Below are positions 12,956-23,250 of a stretch of DNA of 53,337 bases, in pieces. Location of the stretch: contig CAUYUJ010000326.1 in assembly GCA_963575745.1 (NCBI GenBank), positions 62,001-115,337 of the forward strand, written 5' to 3'. The notes under the pieces were generated by a model. That model worked only from the letters and a program-made list of their open reading frames with translations. It made no database searches and was not told the origin of the DNA. The stretch is from Prorocentrum cordatum (lineage: Eukaryota). A program made the translations under genes and the position numbers. Positions within the stretch are counted from its first letter, which is position 1. Each line of letters opens with the position of its first letter.

Positions 12956-13216
12956 GGTTTATCGCAAGGCCTTCTTCTGGGCCAGCTGTGTCTGGGCAAG
13001 CTTTGAGGAACCTGGTGGCAGGCCTTGCCGCGATTCTCGCGGGGGTCTCCCCCGCGGACGCGCCCAAGACCTTCAGGGCTGGATCATCTTGAGGTCCTAA
13101 AGTCCCTGGAGGCCTGGACGGAGGCCCTGAGGCCCCAAAGTGCCTGGATGCCTGGACTGGCCCTGGCCCTGGCAGCCCTGTAGGTCTTGAGCGGCCTCTG
13201 CCTCGAGCTCAGCCCT

Positions 13217-16200
13217 TCAGCTCCCGGTCACCTCACCTGTGGCAGCAGCTGCTGTGGCTGTGGGCTGCAAGCTGCTCTGACTGCTGCTGCTGCTGCCGCT
13301 GCTGCTTGAAGATGCGTGCTCTGGCCCATCTGGACCATCTGTAAGAGCCAGCAGGTCCAACCACGGGTTCGGGGGCAGCACCTTCTTGGAGTGGCCGAAG
13401 ACCCAGAGCAACAATTTGCCGACCACTGGAATGCACATCCCGTTGCCAGCCAACTTGGACAGAGCGTTGCTCGAAAGTCCACGGCGATAAAGCGATAGAG
13501 GAGACCATATCGCCTAGGGCAAGCGTCAATAGTGGTGCTCGGAATGCTCAACGGATGATCACATGAGAGAGCTTGAGCTTGCCGCGTGTCACGGATTATG
13601 CGCTGCACAGTTGTACTTGCGAAAACAAGCCAATGTGCCCCAAGGGAAAACAGTGAGTTAACGACATTCGCGTTCGTGCCTTGCCATATACATCGACATG
13701 CACTCAGCGCGCTACATAGGGAGCGAGGCAACTCAACTGACAAAAGTGACGACCCCTGCCCACGACATGGCAATGGGACGCCCCCTGCAAATTCAGCTCT
13801 CCGCAGTTCTCCTCCCAGATGGGGAACCCCATGGCCTCAGGGGACTCGGGGGATCGGGTGGCAAGCACTACTATGGTCTATACATGGCATGCCCCCTCCA
13901 CTCCAGAATTGAAGGTGCAGATCGTTTAAACTTTCCTTTGCTGACTAGGTCCCAGGTCCCCAGTGCCAGTGACTATGCGCGGCAGATAACAAAGCAGCAC
14001 AAGAGAGCATCAGGGATCAGAAGAACAGCTCAAAGGGAGCAGACACATCAGAAGAAAAGGATAAGGTTTGCAAGTACGACGCCACATGCACATTGGCACC
14101 CATAGCAGCCTGCATGCTCTCGAGTCCGTGAAGGGGCCGATTGCGATGAGGTACGGTGTGCAAGAGACATGGTCTGCTCCCAGTCGTCAAGCATGGTAAA
14201 CGATCGGACCCCCAGCGTCGGTAACCACCAGCCTGGCGCAAGCATGGTCAAATGGATGGAGCACGCGGTGATTCATTCACATTGCACATCTGAACGCTAA
14301 AGGTATGTCGTGGTCTCAGGATGGGCACTGGAACTCGGAAGCAACACCAGTCAAGGATGAAATGATGAGCTCAAGCCAGAAGCAACGAAACGCTTAGATG
14401 CAGCACGAAACACGCCATGGCTCGTTCTCCCAGTAACGCAAGCACAAATCAAATCCCGGCACCCCCAAGCCTGCTGGTTCAAATCGAAGGCGAATGGCGA
14501 CCTTATGGTGATCTTCGAGGAGGCCATCGCGTCCGACCTGTCCTTCATGTAGAGGTAATATGTAGCTAGCTCTCCTCCTCCCGAATCCCGAATCACACGG
14601 TCGTCAGGGCCCCATTCCCCCATCCCTTGGATACGAACTAAGGTGTTGCGCGCCATTGCTCTAAGACATTTCATCCACATGAATTTGCGCCAACACTCGT
14701 AATGCTGATATCATGTCAATCGTGCCTCTCCTACCTCCTACCCCCGAGAGGTCCTGATAAGAATTGAGTGAAGTCCATGGCCTCGGGGTTGTTGGAGGTC
14801 CAGATCCCGTGCTCGGCGCAGCGAGTCACGTACCACTCCTGGGCCGCTCGCGTCATCCCGCTACCAGCTGCCTGTAGCCCCTACACAAGACCCCAGGGCC
14901 CAGTGGTCTGAGAACTCTGAATTCGAATGCAAACAATCGAAAACCTGGGAGACTTGGAGGTGAGGGGCCATGTATGGCATTCTGGCCCCAGGGTCCTTAA
15001 CGAACGACTTGGGAGCTGACCACAAAGCATCTACTTGCACTTCACACCTTTCGCCCAGGACCGTCTGCAGCATGGCCCAATCGCCTAAGTATACAAGCCT
15101 GTCACGCTTGAACATCATGGTGTACCGCCGACGGCGGTTCATTGGTATCCCCGAGCTTTCAGGACTGCATTTCACACTCTGGATGTCGTAGTACTCTAGA
15201 AGTGGAAGGAACAAATCTGTGTCGAACAGCGGCGTGCATTCATGGAAAACGAACATAGGTTGTGTCAACATGACCCAGGCCCTCCACACAAGGAATGCGA
15301 TGATCGATTCATGATACGCTCGATTTGACGTGCCAGCAATACTCCACGCTACGCAACTCGTGCCAGACGCATCCATCACAAGTGGGCAACCAAACTCGTG
15401 GGTGTATCTAGCCTCTGCCTCAGTGTCAAGAGTGTAATATGGGCGTGCAGCAACTCCTTCCTTCAGGCAGGGCATTCTCAAAGAATCGTCATCGTACTTG
15501 GCTTTCATGTGGTCGAAAATTGTGTTGTGCAGCATTCTGATCCTTTCGTCCTTGCCAAGCCTCTGCGACGTCTTGAACTGATGCTGCACTCGAGCTAAAA
15601 CCGATTCATCAAGCATATCCAGAAGGTCCCTGAACACATGATATGGCACTCGATGTAATCCGTTGGAGTATTTCCAAGCCAGGCGCTGGCATGTGAAGTC
15701 ATTGTCGCAACAAGAATGATGAAACAATCTGCCATGTAAACCTCCCCTCCCCAGACCCTCTTAGAACTGACATGCTGGCAGCTAGGGAAGAGACAAAGGC
15801 ACGGCAGGGCGCAGAGGAACCATGCACAACGCATCAATGCAACACGACAACACGACAACGCTACAAGAAATAAGGACTACGCTCAATTCTGATCACAGGA
15901 ATGTGGAATGTCGATGTGCATCAAGCATTTTGTAGATACCCCCCTGTCCCACCATTGTGCTCCCTGAAGCCGACGAGCAAGAACCGTAAAGCCATTTCAA
16001 ACATGAGGCAGCCTGAATAGAAACTCGTTGTGACCAAGTGGGTGGCGTTCTCAATGAAGCACACCAGCGGATTCGGAAGGTCCCCTAAGTTGTCCCCAGT
16101 GGTGCCCGCATATCGGGTGAAGTTCGCAGCCAAATTGATGTGCCAATTCGAGAACTGCCCCGGCGTGCATGGGCCTCTGTGACAAAATAAATGCTAATAC

Positions 16201-16402
16201 AACCCTAAGGGCACCCGACACCGACGCGACGTGACATGACATGGGTCCGACAACATGGGGTACCACATCACCGACAACAAGCAATGCGCGCACAATGTAC
16301 AAACTACGGCAGACAACGCACACTGGCACAAAGAAGGCCTGGCGGCTGACGATCGTCCATGCGGTCCCACACCGCGTCCAAGTCGAAGACTGGGATGGGC
16401 AC
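13217..16402 (-). CDS. C5-cytosine DNA methyltransferase (DNMT), at least 8 exons, apparently intact
   Basis: Motifs in order: I TTSFYSGCLMFEMAL; II CCDNDFTC; III HVFRDL; IV DASGTSC (catalytic Cys); VI FVFHECT; VIII SPESSGIPMNRRRRY; TRD FDLNQ..LPCLTT; IX RPLHGLESMQAMGFP; X LAGNGMCIPVVG. Exons at about 16402-16339, 16174-15953, 15742-14997, 14839-14755, 14578-14472, 14232-14111, 13835-13782 and 13513-13217 join in compatible phases. The first exon and start codon are uncertain. Confidence 0.9.
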
Positions 16403-16780
16403 CTGTCACACCCTTACCCAAAGGCGCGCACACTGGTCAAAAACACACGTGGGCATGCGACAATGCTGGTATGCAAGCAATCAAACACATACTCATATGG
16501 GACGCACGCGCACGAACGCGCCATGCGTGCGCGAGTTGGGGGAGGAGGAGAGAGGGGGGACGAGGAGGGGGCGGAGGTAGAGGAGGAGGTGGTGGATGAG
16601 AAAGAGAATTACAAAGGGGGGGGGAGGATGCAATGATGATCAGGAGGACAAAACAAGTAGGTCCGTGCCCTGGTTGGAATCGCAGTGTAATGGTGACCGC
16701 ATGTGTGGATATTATAGTGTGTGTTACAATGGAATGCGCAAGGTTCTTGTACTACCGTGTCTGTGGACGCAACAGTTGCG

Positions 16781-16822
16781 ACAGTCACAGAAGGTTGCGT
16801 GATCGCAACCTTCTGTGATTGT
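16781..16822. other. 19-bp-arm hairpin upstream of the DNMT gene
   Basis: acagtcacagaaggttgcg-tgat-cgcaaccttctgtgattgt (18/19 Watson-Crick pairs plus one G-T). Confidence 0.85.
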
Positions 16823-17109
16823 AATACGTGGTACATGCGACTTTGGCACGTGCAATACATCTATGGTTTATTTTTGCTACAAGACCCCGCCGTGCTTGCA
16901 TGATCAGAAATGTCCGCAGACTGAGTGGAACTCAGGCCGCTCATGCACTGCGCTTTGAAATAGAACTACCAACCATGACATCCGAAACATAACCGAAACA
17001 ATCCTAGGTGTAGGTGAATAAAACGTCATACTGCAAATGTTGGGTCGTACTACGGACAAGCAATTGGCGTATCCAACTACGTCCGCTGAAGATGGGAAGT
17101 TGCGACAGG

Positions 17110-17950
17110 CTGCGGCCAGAGCTCGGCTCGGTCTATTTGGTCTTGATTCGGCACTGGTTTAAGCAAGGCCGAGTATCAAATTAGGCTGGGGCGTCATCTA
17201 GGGTCCAAACTAGGCTAGGCTGGGGCTGCGGTTAAAGCGTTGGCGCTGGCCTAAATTGTGGGTTTAGCTAAATGCAGGCTGAGGCTTGGCCGTGGCCTTG
17301 GGCCCAGGCTTTGGCTGAGCCTCGTCGTGCGGCTTAAGGTTACCTGATATTACGCTTGTCTCATTTTCAGGCGTAGCCTATGGGCTTAGGGTGACGCTAG
17401 CTGAACCTGAATGACTTATGGTAATGGCCATGCTTGACTGAAGCCTAAGCTGCGCCTATGTCGGCGCTTAGACTGAAACGTTGGCTGAAGCCATGCGTGG
17501 GCTTAGTTAACATATGGGTGAGTTTGACCTCAAATAAACTTAAACTGGGGGTTCTCGCTAGGCCGCAATTGAGGCTAGGATTCACGCTTAAGCTTACGAT
17601 GGGGCGATGGTGCAACTTACGGTTGGCTTTAAGTGTAGAAGCCGATGTGCATGGTGAGTTGGCTAAATAGTGGGCTAACATTCAACCCCCTTAAAACTGC
17701 AGGCTACAACCCGCCTTAGGCTTCACTCGACGATGCTGGCTGAGACGAAAACTCGGCTGAGACTCGAAACGTGCCGTTAGGCAAACGCTGGGCCGAAGCG
17801 AAGTGGGGCCGGGCAAGGCCCCGCCGAAGGGTTAGGTCAGGGTCTGGCGATTGTAAGGCCCTAACCTCAGCCTAAGGTCAAGGCCAGGCTCAGCCCAACC
17901 TTAACCTTGAGCTAAGGCTAAGGACCTGCAACGGTTGAACAGTTAGGCTG
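17110..17950. repeat. Highly degenerate hexamer-periodic tract (TTAGGC/CTAAGC/AGGCTT-like)
   Basis: Recurrent ttaggc, ctaggc, gcttaa and cctaag units with roughly 6-bp periodicity. Confidence 0.55.
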
Positions 17951-18472
17951 GTTTGGACTTACGCAGGGCTCGCGTAGAAAGCCAGCAACCAGACTTTTCC
18001 CAGGCCAACGACGCTCGACGCCTCCCCACCCCCCCACCCCCAATGGGCCAACGCGCCAAATTGCTAACGCACGCGACGCTTTCACCCCCTGTCGCATTCT
18101 ACAACGCAAGAGAAGCGCGAAACGAGAGTTCACCGACGCAGCCAAAGAACCTAAACCTGGGCAGCGGACCTGCATTGGTTGAACCGCGCCATCGCGATGG
18201 AAGGCGCACCCACCAAGGGCAACGCGGCCCGAACGCCACAGCAAAATGGCGCTCGCGAGCGCAAATCTAATACATTTGCCCAAAACCGCGCGCAATTGCA
18301 AACGTTTGCAAAAATCACAGCCAATTTGTTTTTTTTGCACAAAAACAGAGCGGAACGATCCAAAACCGGAAAAAAAAACAAAACCGAGCGGAAATGAAAC
18401 AAATCTGTAACAAAACAAGAAATGGGCGAAAATATATGTTCCTGGGCGCCGCCCTCGACCCAAAACCGACGC

Positions 18473-18592
18473 AGAACTGCTGGAGAACTGCTGGAGAACT
18501 GCTGGAGAACTGCTGGAGAAATGCTGGAGTAATGCTGGAGAACTGCTGGAGAACTGCTGGAGAACTGCTGGAGAAATGCTGGAGAAATGCTG
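18473..18592. repeat. About 11 tandem copies of the 11-mer AGAACTGCTGG
   Basis: Read directly; variants AGAAATGCTGG and AGTAATGCTGG. Confidence 0.95.
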
Positions 18593-20149
18593 CGCCCATT
18601 TGCGCTGCGCTCGCGCGCGCTCGCGGCTCCAAAAACCGCGAACGCGTCGCAACGCATCGCGCCGCGTCGATTCGGAGCGAAAAAAACCATCCAGAGCACA
18701 AAAAAACACGATCGCGATAAAAAAGGCTAGAATAAAACAAAAAAAACATAAATCGTTAGCAAAAACGCTGAAAAAAAAACAAAATTGCTTCAAAACGCAC
18801 CAAACTGGCACGATTGCGAAGCGTGCAATGGGCCCGACGATGGCGTCGCGGTATTTTGTTTCTGCTCCAATAGGGCAACGTCGGGCCGCACGCGCCGCGT
18901 CGTCGAAGCGCTCGTTCCGGCGCGACAAGGCCACAAACGCCAACGTGGAAGTTAATGCGCCAAGTATTTGGTTGTGCGACACAGAGTTCGCCACAAACAA
19001 ATACCTCTCACTTCAACTTACGCCTTGGCGCTGGCAGCTCGTGCCGCGCTGGCGCGAGTGCTTCAACGATGCAATGTGCGCTAGCCAAAAAGAGCTACCT
19101 TCCAAAGCTTCAAAGCCGCTGCGTAAGCAAAAATCAACTTCCAAGTCGTCGTGGTGGTAGAGCGTGGGCTGCAGCCACTGCGGCACTGAGCCGCGCTGCC
19201 ACGCCATCACGATGGCGTCGCCACCTTCGGGCTGAGGGAACAGAGTGCATCTGAGATGAAGGGGGACAACCAATGCAAGATGGCAGCGCACATGCTGCAC
19301 ACGCGCGCACCGATACACACGAATAACAACCAGTGTAGCACGTTGCCAGCACATGATACTCAAAGGGGTCACCCTGTAACGATTTGGCACCATATGAATG
19401 TATTGTGGATGTATGGTGTAGTGCGAAGCGCGCGGGGCATTAACCTTTCGAACTGTTCCAATGATCATGATACATGAGCTTTACTATGTGTATGTATGTT
19501 GCGATGGTAGAAGTGTTGTGCGCCACGCCACATACTGTCGGCCACACCCGGCGCTCATTCAACATTCAGCATGCCTTGTCTTACCCTCGAGTTTTTAGTT
19601 CCCCCATGCACGGGGGGGTCCTTGAGATGTATGCTATATCAACTATCAACAGAGAGGTTACGCATGTATCCCAGTCCAACTAGCTTCTATTCAACATATT
19701 TTGTGACACCGTGAAATATACAACTAGCTGCGTTGAGTCAAAGAGCCATGCCTTCACCAGGGGTGCTGTGACAGTGTGTGTGTGTGTGCACGAGGTGAGA
19801 CGTCATATCGATGCTTTGCGTATCGTATCTTATGGTTGTGGCATATTACACCTGTAGTACTCAACACATGTGTTCGGCACATCAACTTAGATCATTGGCA
19901 AGACGTATACGTGCGAGTGCGATTAAACAACCCACATCGCGCAATACGAGCGAGATTGGTGACATGTACTAACAGCGTCAGGGGCCTCAGGGGGAGAAGA
20001 AAAGGAGGCAAATCGCGAGACCCATGGCAAGCAGTGGCAGGGACGTTGGCGTATTGCGACGTTGAAGTTGAAGGATGAAGGAACCGAAGGGTTGGGGACT
20101 GAGGAAAGGTTGAAGGCGGGTTTGGGATGGAGACGTGCGATGGGGGTGA

Positions 20150-21170
20150 TCGCGACTGTCCCTCCCGCTGCAATGGGCCCCAGCCCAACCCTTGGTATCT
20201 CTCCATTCGCTGATGTCGTCCCCAGCCTTGATGTTGTCGATGGGCTTGGGTCCACCTAGGCATGACAAGCAACGAAGATAAGGACGAAACACGGATGGGA
20301 AATGTTTCGAAGGACGTGAGCGCCGCGAGGGTGGCAGCCATGTTTATCTTTTACTAGGCATGCAGAGCCCAGGACCCAGGACCCAGGACTCCCAGGACTC
20401 CAGACCAAGCTAGATGGCCCCAATCAACAGACAAGCTATCCCCGCCCCCCGTCCCCCCCCCCCCGATCGCGCGACCATGGCTCAAGCAATGGTGCGACGA
20501 CCTTGAATGCGTTTACTGCGCCAGGCCATGGAAGTAACGACAGTTTCGTTGCTTTGGCCAATATCGAAATTTCGTTGAGACCTAAGTGGGACAGTCCGGG
20601 ATAGTAGCGCAGTTCGCATTACGCTTGAGCCACTTGGAAGGCTGGGAGTCTTAGGGGAGGGGTGTAGCTTGGACTTGACCCTTGACCCCTGTTGAGAAAC
20701 ACATCAGGTGGAACGCAGCGCGCGCGGACCCCCAAGATTGGAAAGAGGCAAGGAGCAATGATACAATACGTAATGATACAGTACGTAAGCTCAAGTGAAT
20801 TAGATTCCCAATCCAAGGGGTATGTGGATATGGTGACACCCATTTGAAGGTCCGACCACTGCTACTGGAATGCAAGCTCGGTCGAAAGCATCGTCCCACA
20901 ACACTTCGACGTCTCCCCTGACCGAGTCGTCTGAGTCGACGTCGTCAGAGGACCTAGCCACCTGGCGCGCACTCAAGGTAAAAATCACGCGGCCCTAGGG
21001 GGCGCCAAGGCCCTGGGCCCCTGGGACCCCAAGCACCATAGATGCCCTGTCTTCACTGTGCCCCCATTCCCCTCCCATCCCACTAGACGAGGCCGCCCCG
21101 CCCCCCGCCCGCCCGCCTCTTGCAATGAAGAGGGCCGCGGGGTTCTGCTCCGAGTTCGCGTCTTCGTCAT
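20150..21170 (-). CDS. Possible small multi-exon cargo gene of unknown function
   Basis: Candidate exons MTKTRTRSRTPRPSSLQE, ag|VARSSDDVDSDDSVRGDVEVLWDDAFDRACIPVAV|gt and GGPKPIDNIKAGDDISEWRDTKGWAG; no recognisable family. Confidence 0.3.
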
Positions 21171-22058
21171 CGCCTCGCGTGGGGGGGCGCCGCAGGGGGA
21201 GGTACAAAAAGGCGAGAGAAGCATAGGGGAGCAAGTGCGGAAGTGGGAGAGTGAGGAGGATGGGGGAGGAGAGCGTAAGGAGACCGAGGAAGATGATGAG
21301 GCCAAGGGGCCAGGAGCTCTGGGAGGAGGAGGGGCAACACACGAGGAAGAAAGTTGGAAGTAGGAAACGGACGCAAGATAACAAGGAAGAGCAGCAGGAA
21401 GGAAGTGAAGCATGGGGAGAACGGGAGGCGGAGGACGACAGTGGACGAGCAAGATGTTGAAGCTGTTGACAATGAATATCAGGACAAATGAATATGAGAC
21501 AGCGGAGTAACCTGAGGCACCCTTAGGACTAGGTCTTTCTCCAGCCCCCAGGACCGTGGACCGCCCAAGGCCCCCGAAATCAGGCATTCCAAAGGTCCAG
21601 GAGATCTTCTTCCCCCTGAACAATCCGCAGGCTGGTTCTCCTCTCAGTGATGTTGTGCCTGAGCGTGATTGGATAATCGCATGTCGGCTAGAACGCATCG
21701 ATCGTTCAGGTCAGGACGCGTCACGCACGCACGCGACGACGACACGCGAACTGCAATTGTGTGAATGCCTCACCGTTGAACGCACCGTTGGCCACACAAA
21801 TATGTTCGACGGCGACTGTGCTGACGATTGCGATGACGTCGATGGTGATGGCGATAGTGATGGTGATGGTGGTGATGATGACCTTGATGATGATGGTGAT
21901 GGTGGTAATGCTCATGATGATGATGATGTTGATGATGATGTTGATGCTGATGATGTTGATGATGATGATGATGATGCTGATGATGACGATGGTCATGATG
22001 ACAACGGACATGGCAGCGAGTTGCCACGATGGTGGCTTGCGCACGGCGCGGGGGCGCC

Positions 22059-22733
22059 TCACTCTGCTGCCAGGACGCCATCAGCGAGGACGAGGTTGTA
22101 CCATAGAAACCTGGGGTGGGTCCGCGCGGCACCATGCACGGCTTCACGTGTGAGGCTTATTAGGCTTCTTATTGAAAGACTGAAGCTGGAGGGATACAGG
22201 CTGATACAGTAATACAGGGGGCCACCCCAGAAGGTGTAGTTCGAGTTTGCATCCCCAGGGTGCCGAGTCTCGCCATCCTCGATCCAAAGCAGCAGGATCG
22301 TATATGGGTCTTCTGGATCATCCTCTGGACGTCGGCGGCGCCATAACCCTCTGAACCAGCAGGCAGGGACATTGCCGCCATCTCTCCCAGTGGATGCGCG
22401 AAAATACCAGAGCGGTGGCTGTTGACATGGAAGTGGCAGTTCCAACCACGCAGGCGCCCACCAGGGCCAAGGCCCTGGTGGGGTTGGTGGGAGACCTGGT
22501 GGTGCTGGGGGCGGAGGTCTTCCCCTCGGCGCGTCGTACAAGTCCAGCCCCAGGATGCGGGGGTGAGCCCCCGTAGCTGGGGCTGGGGCACGTGGGATGA
22601 TGAAAATGCCATCCCCTTCGTCATCGCTGTTGGGGCCGCAGCGAGTGAGACCTCCTGGCGCGTCCTCGACGGCGAGGGTCGCTCCGACGGCAAAGGCGGC
22701 GAGGAGAGCCTCCCGCGACCATGGGGCCGCCAT
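22059..22733 (-). CDS. Orphan 224-aa cargo ORF (Pro-rich linker, Trp/aromatic-rich C-terminal half)
   Basis: Open frame MAAPWSREALLAAF...LADGVLAAE of non-repetitive composition, co-oriented and just downstream of the transposase. Confidence 0.5.
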   Translation of the reverse strand: MAAPWSREALLAAFAVGATLAVEDAPGGLTRCGPNSDDEGDGIFIIPRAPAPATGAHPRILGLDLYDAPRGRPPPPAPPGLPPTPPGPWPWWAPAWLELPLPCQQPPLWYFRASTGRDGGNVPACWFRGLWRRRRPEDDPEDPYTILLLWIEDGETRHPGDANSNYTFWGGPLYYCISLYPSSFSLSIRSLISLTREAVHGAARTHPRFLWYNLVLADGVLAAE

Positions 22734-23250
22734 GATACGGGCAGATGCCGTGTGGCGCGAACGCTCATCTTGAGCACAATGTGGGCGGGGGTGATGATAG
22801 ATGCAATGGCGATGTTGAGACAGACAAGTGGCGTGTGATGATAATGCTAATGACGATGGTGACGACGATTGTGAAACAAACGGTTTCGCCAACACATAAT
22901 ACGAGAACAGTGGTAATAACGAAAGGACGATGATTCACGGTAGTGGCGATCCAAGACGATAATGAACTTCGGACAATGGCCTTCCCACTCTTTTCCTCTT
23001 TCTTCCTCCTCCTATTATCCTCCATATTTGCCTTCATTTCCGCAGACACACGTGCGCTTGACTAAAACCCATGAACATGCACAGTGCACAAGAGTGGACG
23101 TGCGAATGAGCAAGCTGACGACCGACGACCGACCTGCCCACTGCCCACATACAACGACCTGTGCTGAGCTGATCTCACATGCCTTCCATTGCTACTGCTA
23201 CTGCACGACAACGAAACGTGGCCTAGGACAAGGTCGGACAACAACCCGTC

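Noticed and set aside
300..16402. DNMT as part of the LINE (LINE-Dnmt type)
   Set aside because: Opposite strand, 10 kb away, intron-containing, and separated from the LINE by a host exon and the TIR/TSD boundary
18473..18592. CRISPR-like array (also considered for 12481-12955 and 35530-35890)
   Set aside because: No unique spacers of regular length and no cas genes; eukaryotic context
17918..19160. 360-aa and 194-aa ORFs
   Set aside because: Products of A-tracts and the 11-mer repeat; composition is not protein-like
20473..20486. Partial spliced-leader-like GACCATGGCTCAAG on the plus strand
   Set aside because: Short match, and the following ATG hits a stop after five codons
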